Assembly: GCA_963798845.1 (NCBI GenBank)
Contig: CAWCUS010000006.1
Coordinates: 864,001 to 928,000, forward strand
Source of the DNA: an uncultured Gemmatimonadales bacterium
Lineage (GTDB): Bacteria > Gemmatimonadota > Gemmatimonadetes > Longimicrobiales > RSA9
Direction: 5' to 3'
DNA: 64,000 nt
Shown here piece by piece: positions 1 through 9,204 of this stretch (position 1 is its first letter; every line of letters begins with the position of its first letter). The notes below the pieces were generated by a model. It was not told where the DNA came from, did no database searches, and was given only the letters and a program-made list of their open reading frames with translations. A program made the position numbers and the translations under genes.

Positions 1-72
1 GCCGACCTGGCCCCTTGCCCACTTCCCGCGAATCGAATCGCAGCCCGGCCCGACCGGTCGCAGGAGACAACG

Positions 73-2553
73 ATGCGGCGCCTCACGTTCGGAATCTTCC
101 TGGTTTCTCTCGTCACGCTCGTCACCGAGCTGGTGATGACGAGAGTCCTCGATGTGCTGTTCTATCCCAACATGTCCTACCTGGTGATCACGTCAGCGAT
201 CTTCGGGTTCGGGCTTGCCGGGGCGATCGCAGCTGCGTGGAACGAGGTCCTGCATCGGGACCCGGAGAAGACGCTGCCGGTTCTCGCGGGCATCCTGGCG
301 GTGAGCATCCTGCTGATCCGGCCGGTGATGAACGCGTTTCCGTTCAACTACTATGAGCTGGTGGAGCACAGCGCACGGGAGCTCCTGTACTTCGGGGCGA
401 CGTATGTCGTACTGATCGTGCCGTTCGTAGCGGCCGGGCTGATCATGGCTGTGACGTTCGCGACGTACGCCCGCCGGATCCGGCGCCTGTACTTCTGGGA
501 CCTCTGCGGCGCGGCCGTGGGGTCGATCCTGCTGATCCCGCTGATCGGGCCGCTGGGTCCGGGGTCGATCCTGATGCTGGCCGCGGCCGCCGCTCTCATC
601 GGGTCGGGGCTGTTCAGCGGAAGCACGAGGTGGAGGGTGGTGGCGGTGGTCGGGGCCGTGGCTCTCGCGAGCGTTCCGGCCTTCCGATATCCGGGCTACC
701 TGGCCTTCTCGGACCACATGGACAAGCGCGGAGTCAAGACTGCCCGCAGCGAGGGCAGGGTGGAGCTCACGCGCTGGGATCCGATCGCCCGGATCGACAT
801 CATCGACAACGGCGCCAACAAGCACATCGCGTACGACGGCGGCACGCAGAGCTCGTTCTTCTACGCGTTCGACGGCGATTTCGGGGCGCTCGCTCGCGCG
901 TTGGAAGCGCCAGAGCCCGATTCAGCCCAGCTCGAGGTGATGGGGCACCGGTTCTGGCGAGCGGGAGTTCTGGCCTCTCACTACCTGAAGCGCGGCACCG
1001 GGGCGGACGTCCTGGTGATCGGCAGCGCCGGCGGCCAGGAGACCGTGGCGGCGCTGACGTTCGGCGCGCACAGGGTCGATGCCGTGGAAATGGTCCCGAC
1101 CGTCGTGTCGCTGCGAACGGGGAAGTACGCGGACTACATCGGCAGGGTGTTCGATCGGCCGGAAGTACACAACATCGTGGCGGAGGGCCGCAATTATCTG
1201 AAAGCTTCCGGCCGCCAGTACGACATCATCCAGATCTTCAGCAACTACACGTCCTCGAGCATAGCGTCCGGCGGGAGCGCGCTCGGCCCGGTGTATCTCG
1301 AGACCGCCGATGCCTATCAGGAGTATTTCAGCCATCTGAAGCCGAACGGGATTCTGCACATCAACGACCACACCTATCCACGGGCTGTGGCGACCGCGGC
1401 ACTGGCGTGGCGGCGCATGGGGCGCACGAACTTCCGCGCCCACGTCGCGATCTTCCAGCAGGCGAAGGGCGTGGACTACCTGCCCACGATGCTGATCAAG
1501 ATGCAGCCCTGGACACAGTCGGAGTTGGACGACCTACAGCAGGTCTTCAGGCTCCAGTTCGGGGGCGCTGAGTTGATGGTGGAAGACCCGCTGCGGCCCG
1601 AGCACCGCTACCTGAGCGACGACTTCTTCTCGGGTGACTTCCCCCGTGACCTGGCGAAGCGGATCCCGGTCGACCTGACGCCGGTGACGGATGACCGGCC
1701 GTTCTTCGCCGCAATGCGAAAGCACTTCGGCGTCCTTTCCCCGGACCCGAGCCGCTACGTCACAGTCTCGACCGCCGCCATGCTCAACAGCCGACTCGCG
1801 GGAGGTGTGATCCCCCTGGACTGGGTCCACCTGTTCGGGGTCGGGATCCTGGCGATCCTGTTCGCGAGTGCGCTGGTACTCGTTCCCCTGCGATATTCGA
1901 GCGCGGGGAAGGTGCGATGGCCCCACAGGGGGATGGTGCTGACCTATTTCTCTTCCCTGGGCATGGGCTTCATCATCATCGAGATCGTCTTCATACAGCT
2001 GTTCATGCAGCTGATCGGCTCGCCAGCCTACACCTTCTCCGTGGTTATCTTCGCCCTGCTCCTGGCCGCGGGAATCGGCAGCGGCACGTCGGAGCGCCTG
2101 GGGATCACGCCGCAGAGATTCTGGGCGCTCCCGTTCCTGGGGGTGGTGATCACGGGGCTGCTCGGGGCGTTCGTGGTGCCGTCGTTCTTCCATGCCCTGC
2201 TTGGATTGCCGCTGCTGGGACGGTGCGCCGTCACCGGCGGCTTCATATTCCCGCTCGGTTTCTTCCTCGGCATGCCGTTCCCGCTCGGGATCCTGGCGCT
2301 GGAGGGCCGGCCCCGAAGCGCCGTGGCGTGGGCCTGGGGGATGAACGGGCTGTTCACGGTGATCGGAGGGCTCGCCGCAGCGCTGCTCTCACACGCCTTC
2401 GGCTTCAGGATCACCCTGACGTTCGCCCTGGCGGCGTACCTGCTGGCGCTGTACGCGTTCGGTGTGATGAGGCGGTCCGCGCTCGTGCCCGTGGACGCTC
2501 GAATCGCCGAGCCGGGTGGCCCGACCAGCGAGGTCGTGCCAGCGTCCGCGTAG
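73..2553 (+). CDS. Polytopic membrane protein with central SAM-dependent methyltransferase / spermidine-synthase-like domain
   Basis: 826 aa; N- and C-terminal TM bundles flank a soluble domain with a SAM-binding loop (VLVIGSAGGQE...VDAVEM, EGRNYL, YDIIQI); AGGAG RBS upstream. Confidence 0.75.
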   Translation: MRRLTFGIFLVSLVTLVTELVMTRVLDVLFYPNMSYLVITSAIFGFGLAGAIAAAWNEVLHRDPEKTLPVLAGILAVSILLIRPVMNAFPFNYYELVEHSARELLYFGATYVVLIVPFVAAGLIMAVTFATYARRIRRLYFWDLCGAAVGSILLIPLIGPLGPGSILMLAAAAALIGSGLFSGSTRWRVVAVVGAVALASVPAFRYPGYLAFSDHMDKRGVKTARSEGRVELTRWDPIARIDIIDNGANKHIAYDGGTQSSFFYAFDGDFGALARALEAPEPDSAQLEVMGHRFWRAGVLASHYLKRGTGADVLVIGSAGGQETVAALTFGAHRVDAVEMVPTVVSLRTGKYADYIGRVFDRPEVHNIVAEGRNYLKASGRQYDIIQIFSNYTSSSIASGGSALGPVYLETADAYQEYFSHLKPNGILHINDHTYPRAVATAALAWRRMGRTNFRAHVAIFQQAKGVDYLPTMLIKMQPWTQSELDDLQQVFRLQFGGAELMVEDPLRPEHRYLSDDFFSGDFPRDLAKRIPVDLTPVTDDRPFFAAMRKHFGVLSPDPSRYVTVSTAAMLNSRLAGGVIPLDWVHLFGVGILAILFASALVLVPLRYSSAGKVRWPHRGMVLTYFSSLGMGFIIIEIVFIQLFMQLIGSPAYTFSVVIFALLLAAGIGSGTSERLGITPQRFWALPFLGVVITGLLGAFVVPSFFHALLGLPLLGRCAVTGGFIFPLGFFLGMPFPLGILALEGRPRSAVAWAWGMNGLFTVIGGLAAALLSHAFGFRITLTFALAAYLLALYAFGVMRRSALVPVDARIAEPGGPTSEVVPASA

Positions 2554-2665
2554 CGGCAGCTGCGGAAGCAGTCCTGGCATTGCCCGGTTCCCTCGCCGAC
2601 GGCGCCCGCCTTCCGCCTGGCGGGTGGGGGATCCAGGTGCGGATCCCGTCGACGCCGGCGCCGCG

Positions 2666-3461
2666 CTACCGTCGCCAATCTCCCGGCAACACGCGCAGCA
2701 TCCGACGCAGCAAGCCCGGGCGCCTGGCGGTCCCGATCACGGGGAGCGGGACCTCTCCCGCAACGATGCGCCGGGGGTTGCCGTCGAGCAGCTGCCAGGT
2801 GGGCTCTTCTCCGAGCCGCCGCTCGAGCCGTGCGCGCGCGCTGGGAAGCTGGGTGGGTCCGCGCGCGTGATAGTCGCTGGCGACGACCGAGACGACGCCC
2901 AGGTCGAGGAGCTGCCAGGCGGCATCGCGCGCGCCGTTCCCGTAGCGGCCCACGAGCGAGCCCGCGTTGACCTGGAGGAACGCGCCGGCGTCCAGCAGCC
3001 GGCGGGCGAGGTCGGGAGACATGGTGCGGTACCGCTCCGGGTGTGCCAGAAGGGGGATCAGGCCGGTGTGGACGATTCCGCGCAGCGCGTCCTCGGCACC
3101 CGGAGGCACGAAGAAGCCGTGGAACTCGACCAGCACGGCGCGGCCGCCCGCAAGCCGGATGCGCGGATCGTCCAGGTCGGGGTTCGGGGTGTCCAGGCGG
3201 AGCTCGACTCCGCGCTGCAGCTCCAGCTCCGGGATCCGCTCTCTCGCCATCTCGATCAGCGCGGTCCATGCCTGGTCGATCTGGTCGAAGCGGGCGGCGT
3301 ACGCTTCCGGCTGGCGGGTGAACGAGGCGTCGAAATGGGGGGTACACAGCACGCTCGTGACGCCGTCGTCCCGCATGGCGACGAGGGCGTCGTGCGACTC
3401 ATTCGAGGGAGCGGGCGCCGTCGTCCACGCCCGGGATGATGTGGTTGTGCAGGTCGAGCAT
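2666..3461 (-). pseudogene. CpsB/CapC/YwqE-family PHP-domain tyrosine phosphatase with a 1-nt frameshift near codon 20 (pseudogene or sequencing error)
   Basis: ATG at 3461 reads MLDLHNHIIPGVDDGARSLE then TGA (3401-3399); the remaining motifs (CTPHF, GVEL, AHPERY, ASDYH) continue in the adjacent frame to the stop at 2666. Confidence 0.8.
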
Positions 3462-3549
3462 GGCCAGAAAGCTAACGTTCGCCCCGGATTTCCGCGCGGC
3501 GTTGATGATCCTATGTTCCGCCGTCCCCACGGCGCGAACAGAGGAGCCC

Positions 3550-3765
3550 ATGATCCGATTGCCGTCCGCGGCAGCGGCGGTCCTGCTGCCGTTGGCCCTG
3601 GTCGTTTCCTCGATGCCAACAGCCGCGCAGCGGCCGTCCCCGCCGGTGAGCGGGGGGCCGGGGTCCGGCTACTGTCAGAACCGTGCCGATTACGCGATTC
3701 GGGCGCGTCTGGACACCGCGTCGGACGTGGACCGGACCAACAACAGCTGGAACAGGAAGCCATGA
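3550..3765 (+). pseudogene. 71-aa minigene: signal peptide plus N-terminal and C-terminal motifs of an M1-family aminopeptidase, with the middle deleted
   Basis: GAGGAG RBS, signal peptide, GPGSGYCQNRADYAIRARLDT joined directly to DVDRTNNSW; stop overlaps the next ATG (ATGA). Confidence 0.55.
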
Positions 3766-5429
3766 CCGACCTTCCGCACCCGAGACGACCCAACCGCTCC
3801 CATGCGTCCGCGGCGCTGGCGGCCGCACTGACGCTCGGCGCCCTGGCCTCCGTCTCGCCGGCGGCCGCGCAGGCGCCGGACTCGACGGCCCCGCCGCGCC
3901 TGCTCGTGACGGTCGTGGTGGACCAGCTGCGCGGCGACCTGCTGCCCCGCTATGCATTGGCCTTCAGCGGCGGACTGGCCCGTGTGCTCGACCAGGGCCT
4001 CCTCTACACGAACGCCGTGCACGACCACGCGCACACCGAGACCGCGGCCGGCCACGCCACCATCGCGACGGGGGTGACGCCGTCACGCCACGGGATCGTG
4101 TCGAACGCCTGGTGGCGGCAGAAGGGGGACGAGTGGCAGCTGGAATACGCCGTGGACGACACGGCGTCGCACACCGTGGGTGCGTCGGACCTGCCGGGGC
4201 GCTCTCCGCGAAACATGCTCCGCGACGCGTTCGGGGACTGGCTGCAGGCGGCGGAGCCGGAGGCGAGGGTGGTGTCGTTGTCGCGGAAGGACCGCGCCGC
4301 GATCACCATGGGCGGCCGCTCCCACACTGCGCACGTCTTCTGGATCGGCCCCGGGACCGGGCGGTTCGTCACGTCGAGCTGGTACGAGGGCGGGATCCCG
4401 GATTGGGTGGAGCGATTCAACGACGAGGACATGCCGAAGATCCACGCAGACAGCGTGTGGACGGGGGCGCTGGCCGCGACGGCGTCGCCCGCGCTGACGC
4501 GTCCGGACACGTTCCCGTTCGAGGGCGACGGTCAGCACACGGCCTTCCCGCACCGCGCGTCCGCCGAAAGCCCGTCGGCCATGTGGCCGGCGTACGACGA
4601 CTGGTGGATGGGGACCCCGGCGCCGGATTCGGCAGTCCTCGCTCTGGCGGAGCGCGCGGTATCGGCGCTGGAGCTGGGGCGAGGTGGGGCCACGGACTAC
4701 CTGGCGCTGGAGCTGTCGCAGACGGATGCGATCGGGCACGCGTACGGTCCGTTGAGCCGTGAGCAGCTCGACAACCTCATGCGCCTGGACCGGGCGCTGG
4801 GCGTTTTCCTCGATCACCTGGATCGTACCGTCGGCAAAGGCCGCTGGGCGCTGCTGCTGACTGCGGACCACGGGACCGCGGACGTGCCGGAGTGGTGGCA
4901 GCACGAAGGCGTCGCCGCAATGCGGATGACGAACGACATGCGGCGGGACGAGGTGCGCGTGGCGGGGGACGCTGCGAAGCTGGCCACCAGCGCGAACGCT
5001 CCGGTGGCCATCCCGCTCAACGCCGAGCGCGCGCAGCGTCGGGTGGCATCAGCGCTCCGGCGCCTGGAGTCCGTGGCGGACGCCATGCCGCTGAGCGAGC
5101 TGATCGGGAAGGAGCCGGCCGACTCGTTCGTGGCGCTGTACCGGAACTCCTTCCAGAAGGGCCGCCGCCCGAACACGCGGGTGGGGCCGTTCGGCGCCGA
5201 CGTTCGCCCGCAGGAGTACTGGGTGGACAAGGCGTTCACCGGCACCAACCACGGCACCCCCTACCTGTACGACCGGTGGGTCCCGATCGCGCTCCTCGGG
5301 CCGGGGATCGCCCCTGGACGCGATGGCACCCGCGTTCGCACGGTGGACATCGCGCCGACGCTCGCCCGCCTGGCCGGGATCCCGGCACCGGATGACCTGG
5401 ATGGCAAGCCGCTGCCGGCGGTGCGCTGA
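3762..5429 (+). CDS. Secreted alkaline phosphatase family protein (PafA-like)
   Basis: Signal peptide; VVDQLR, HTETAAGHATIATG (Thr nucleophile), SRKDRAAI, DAIGHAYG, TADHG, HGTPY motifs. Confidence 0.85.
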   Translation: MTDLPHPRRPNRSHASAALAAALTLGALASVSPAAAQAPDSTAPPRLLVTVVVDQLRGDLLPRYALAFSGGLARVLDQGLLYTNAVHDHAHTETAAGHATIATGVTPSRHGIVSNAWWRQKGDEWQLEYAVDDTASHTVGASDLPGRSPRNMLRDAFGDWLQAAEPEARVVSLSRKDRAAITMGGRSHTAHVFWIGPGTGRFVTSSWYEGGIPDWVERFNDEDMPKIHADSVWTGALAATASPALTRPDTFPFEGDGQHTAFPHRASAESPSAMWPAYDDWWMGTPAPDSAVLALAERAVSALELGRGGATDYLALELSQTDAIGHAYGPLSREQLDNLMRLDRALGVFLDHLDRTVGKGRWALLLTADHGTADVPEWWQHEGVAAMRMTNDMRRDEVRVAGDAAKLATSANAPVAIPLNAERAQRRVASALRRLESVADAMPLSELIGKEPADSFVALYRNSFQKGRRPNTRVGPFGADVRPQEYWVDKAFTGTNHGTPYLYDRWVPIALLGPGIAPGRDGTRVRTVDIAPTLARLAGIPAPDDLDGKPLPAVR

Positions 5430-5498
5430 GCGCCGATCGGCAGCGGAGGAGGGCCAGCGCCCCGGCGCGGCCGTGCACCGCTCCGGGGCGTTTTCGGC

Positions 5499-6587
5499 TC
5501 AGTGGTGGACGTGCCCGTCCATCAGGACGTCGAGCACCTCGAGGGCAACGATGACGGCGGCCGAGGTCCGCGGGTGGTGGGCGCCGCGATACCGGCAGTC
5601 AATGTCGTAGATCGGACGGCGTCCGCACCCGGACCGGGCCCACTCCAGGTCCAGCGCCTGCGTCAGCTGCGCGTGCTCGTCCGGGTACCACCACTCCCAC
5701 TGGTACCGGTCGTTCCGCCAGTGCCACTCGTCGTGCGCGTTCTCCAGCTCGTCCGCGAGGACCGAGCAGCGGACGCCGCGCGCACCGTAGCTCCAGCGTT
5801 CCGGGCTCCGAACGTACACCAGCTCGATCCAGACGCCGGGGTGGCCCGGGTACCAGCGCGGCCCGCGATGAGCACGCCACCCGGCGTACCAGGACCGGTC
5901 ATAGTGGCTGCGCTCGTACGCACCCGCGCGGTTCCAGTCGTAGCGGTACCGGTCATAGCCCCGGCTGTCGCGATCCCGGTCGGTCCGTCCCCGATCGTAC
6001 CCGCCTTCATCCGGACGCCCCCGATCCGTCCCGCCGGACACCGGCGGGCCCGGCCGTGTGACGTCTGGACGTCCGGGGACCACCGTTCGCATGGTGCCCC
6101 GCTCGCCCGATCGATCGCTCCCCGGCACCGGGGGGCTCGCGCGCTCCCGATCGGGATACGACGGCACCACCGTGGTCCGGCTGCGGGTCGACGGCTCGGC
6201 TCCTCGCTGCGTCGTTTCCGGACGCGCGCTCGGAGGGGTCACGGTGCGCGGTCGCGTCGCCTCCGGGCGCGCACTCTGGGGACGGCTGGTCTGGGGCCTC
6301 GTCGTCTCGGGGCGCGTCTGTGGACGGGAGGTTTGAGGCCGTGCGGTCTCGGGTCGCGTCTGCGGTCGCGTCGACTGCGGGCGGGTGGGCTCCTGTCTCG
6401 GCCGCGACGCCGTGCTTCGCGACGGGACCGTCGGCTTCGCCTGCGGTGCCGGCCGCGCGCTCGGGCGGGTGGTCGGCCGTGACGAGGACGGGTGGCTGCC
6501 TTGCGACTGCGCCGCGAGGACGCCAGGAGCGACGAGGGAACCCGGTGCCAGGAGGGCGGCGCAGACGATCAGTGCTGAGCGCTTCAT
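5499..6587 (-). CDS. Secreted hypothetical protein with Pro/Arg/Thr repeat stalk and Trp/His/Cys-rich C-terminal domain
   Basis: MKRSALIVCAALLAPG signal peptide at 6587; (T/S)RPQ/RPE repeats; fills the gap between neighbouring genes. Confidence 0.6.
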   Translation of the reverse strand: MKRSALIVCAALLAPGSLVAPGVLAAQSQGSHPSSSRPTTRPSARPAPQAKPTVPSRSTASRPRQEPTRPQSTRPQTRPETARPQTSRPQTRPETTRPQTSRPQSARPEATRPRTVTPPSARPETTQRGAEPSTRSRTTVVPSYPDRERASPPVPGSDRSGERGTMRTVVPGRPDVTRPGPPVSGGTDRGRPDEGGYDRGRTDRDRDSRGYDRYRYDWNRAGAYERSHYDRSWYAGWRAHRGPRWYPGHPGVWIELVYVRSPERWSYGARGVRCSVLADELENAHDEWHWRNDRYQWEWWYPDEHAQLTQALDLEWARSGCGRRPIYDIDCRYRGAHHPRTSAAVIVALEVLDVLMDGHVHH

Positions 6588-6669
6588 GGTCGCAACTCGT
6601 CTGAGAAAGGGCAGGGGCACCGTTCATCGGGGCAGGAACCAAGCCGGTGCGCCCCCGCGCAATCCCAAA

Positions 6670-7389
6670 TTATTGCGGTGTAAACAGTTCTGCCACGAGG
6701 ACGGCTTCCTCTTCCGGGGTGGGCTCGTCCTCTTCATGGGACAGTCGCTGTCCTCTCAGGGGTTCGCCGACTGGCCTCAACCGCCTTCTTGCCGGGCGCG
6801 CTTCCGGGACGAGGGTCGGGTCGCGCCAGCGCCAGACCCACGCGCCCACGGCCCAGCTGATGACGAACGAGGCCATGACGTCGCTGAAGAAGTGGGCGTG
6901 TGCGGCGACACGTGTGAGAGCGCACCCCCACGCGAGCGCCCACCAGACGTAGCGCGAGCGGGGGAACAGCCGGGCGAGGATCGCTGCTGCCGTGAAGGCC
7001 ACGAGGGCGTGGCTGGACGGGAGTGCGAGGCCGCCGTTGAAGAGGGGCCGATCGGAGAACGGGCGGAACACGTAGAGGCCCAGCTCGCCCGGGCGCTGGC
7101 GCCGGAGCACGAGCTTGAGGAGCTCCGCGGCGATCCCGCCGAAGGCAGCGCCGAAGAAGAGGAGGCCGGCTCGGGAGCGGTGGAGCCGTCGTCCGGGGGT
7201 TCGGTCCTGCAGGGCGAGTGCGGTCGCAGCCACGATCCAGGTGGGGAGGAACCCCTGGATTCGGAGGAATCGTCCCCAATCCGTGGCGTAGACGTCCACC
7301 ATCTGGAAATGATGGAACGCCCACGCATCGAGGAGCGAGGCGAAGGCGAAGAGGGCCAGGCCCGCAAACAGCAGCCGCGCCGTTTTCAT
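6670..7389 (-). CDS. PAP2-family membrane phosphatase
   Basis: KLVLRRQRP, PSSH and TRVAAHAHFFSDV motifs in a multi-TM protein. Confidence 0.85.
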   Translation of the reverse strand: MKTARLLFAGLALFAFASLLDAWAFHHFQMVDVYATDWGRFLRIQGFLPTWIVAATALALQDRTPGRRLHRSRAGLLFFGAAFGGIAAELLKLVLRRQRPGELGLYVFRPFSDRPLFNGGLALPSSHALVAFTAAAILARLFPRSRYVWWALAWGCALTRVAAHAHFFSDVMASFVISWAVGAWVWRWRDPTLVPEARPARRRLRPVGEPLRGQRLSHEEDEPTPEEEAVLVAELFTPQ

Positions 7390-7551
7390 GGAACGTGAAG
7401 GTCGCGCCGAGGCGCGGGCGGCGCAACGCAGGCAGTCACTGGCCGGCCGATCGCGGATCGGGGCCGCGAACGCGGCCGCCCTCCAATCAAACGCAGGCCC
7501 ATTTCCCGGCCCATTTCCGCGGGCCGTGACCGGCGTGGCGTGGGCACCGGG

Positions 7552-9021
7552 TCAGAAGAGGCCGACCCGCCCGCGGACGGAGTCGATGAGCCGTGCGGGG
7601 TCGTAGCCGACCCCCTGCTTGAACACCATTTCCACGTGGCGGATGTCGGCGATGTCGGCGGCCGGGTTCCCATCGATGACTACGAGGTCCGCCTGCTTGC
7701 CGGGCGCGATGCTGCCGACGCGGTCCGCGCGTCCCAGATAGAGGGCGCCGTTCAGTGTGCCGATCCGGATCGCTTCGACGGGCGTGAACCCTTCCTCCAC
7801 GAGCAGCTCGAGGGCGCGCTGATTGGAGAAGCCGGGCACGACTCCGCCATAGCCGGTGGGGTCGGTGCCGACGAGCAGCAGGCCGCCTGCGCGGACGAAG
7901 GCGCGCTCGAGCGCGCCTACCTTGGGGAAAAGGGTGGAATAGACGGACGCCGTGTCCGCGGCGATGCGGCGGTAGGTCTGTTCGAACTGCTGGCGCAGGA
8001 TCGGGTCGAGCACCTCGAGGCCGGGCGGCCGGGGGCGCCCGGGGGTGAACGTCTCGAAGACGGTGGGGGTGGAGGTGACGGCCACGTGGTGGCGGACCAG
8101 GTCGGCGATGAGCGACTGGAAGGCGGAGTCGCCCGGCTGGACGCGCACGAGCGCGGCCATTCCTTCTCGCTGGCCGGGGCACTCGTCCGGCGCTTTGCCT
8201 GGGACGAAGTCGGTAGAGACGTAGAACCCGTGCTCGAGGTCGTCGATCCCGAGCTCCGCGGCCTCGCGGTACGTGATGGAGCAGAGGTGCCCGGTCACCT
8301 TCATGCCGCGGGCGTGGGCTGCCTGGAGCGCCGCCGCCAGCTCCGCCCGCGTGATGTGCATGTACGCCTTGAGCGACGTGGCGCCGGCGTCCGCCCAGAA
8401 GTCCACCATGCGACGCGCGTCCGCGGGACCGGTGAGGGCGTGGACCTGGTCCAGCGGCAGCCCCGGCCCTTCGAGGTAAGGCGCCGTGGCGTCGATCCAG
8501 GGACCGGGCTTCTCTCCCGCCTCGATATCGCGCGCGATTGTCAGCTCGCCGTAGCCGTTCATGTTGCCGGCCGTGCGCATGGAAGTGACGCCGCCGGCCA
8601 GGTAGAGCCGGGTGAAGCTCTCGCTCAGGTTCGCGTACACCCCCGGCCCGGTCGGGTAATACAGGTGCTCGTGCACCATGACCAGCCCGGGGATCAGCGT
8701 CTTCCCTGTGAGGTCCACGACCTTTGCGTCGGCGGGGATGGCCACCGATCCGGTCGACCCGATGGCGACGACACGTCCGTCCCGGACCAGAACCGTCCGA
8801 TCCGCCATTGGCGCCGCCCCCGTTCCATCGATGACGCGGGCGTGGGTGAAGGCCACCACGGGTGTGTCCACCGCCACGTACCGGCGCACGGTCTCCGAGA
8901 GCGCCGGCCGGTCACCGCGCTGCGCCGGAGCCGGCGCCGGAGCCTGACCGGATGCCTGCGCGGGGAGGGAGGTCGCCAGCGCGAGGACGAAGGCGAACGG
9001 GGTCGAGGCGAGTCGTCGCAT
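7552..9021 (-). CDS. Secreted amidohydrolase family protein
   Basis: Start at 9021 (MRRLAST..., signal peptide); PGLVMVHEH, GTD, GSIAPGKQADLVV motifs. Confidence 0.85.
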   Translation of the reverse strand: MRRLASTPFAFVLALATSLPAQASGQAPAPAPAQRGDRPALSETVRRYVAVDTPVVAFTHARVIDGTGAAPMADRTVLVRDGRVVAIGSTGSVAIPADAKVVDLTGKTLIPGLVMVHEHLYYPTGPGVYANLSESFTRLYLAGGVTSMRTAGNMNGYGELTIARDIEAGEKPGPWIDATAPYLEGPGLPLDQVHALTGPADARRMVDFWADAGATSLKAYMHITRAELAAALQAAHARGMKVTGHLCSITYREAAELGIDDLEHGFYVSTDFVPGKAPDECPGQREGMAALVRVQPGDSAFQSLIADLVRHHVAVTSTPTVFETFTPGRPRPPGLEVLDPILRQQFEQTYRRIAADTASVYSTLFPKVGALERAFVRAGGLLLVGTDPTGYGGVVPGFSNQRALELLVEEGFTPVEAIRIGTLNGALYLGRADRVGSIAPGKQADLVVIDGNPAADIADIRHVEMVFKQGVGYDPARLIDSVRGRVGLF

Positions 9022-9204
9022 GGGCGGGTCGCGGTTGTGGGTTCGAGGAGCGGCGGCCGGTTCGGGCCCCCCGCCGAAGCTGGAACGGGTCGGGAGCGTG
9101 CGCAAGCGGCCGGCGGGACGGCAGGGACCCCGGGCGCAGCCCCCTTGCGGCCGTCGCGCCGGCCGCCCATCAGTGCGATTCCCCCTGCTCTCCCGGAGGC
9201 CCCC

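Noticed and set aside
3399..3401. TGA as selenocysteine or readthrough codon
   Set aside because: Homology continues in a different frame, so readthrough would not restore the protein
7495..7520. Short direct repeat GGCCCATTTCC x2
   Set aside because: Only two copies and no supporting context; likely a local duplication
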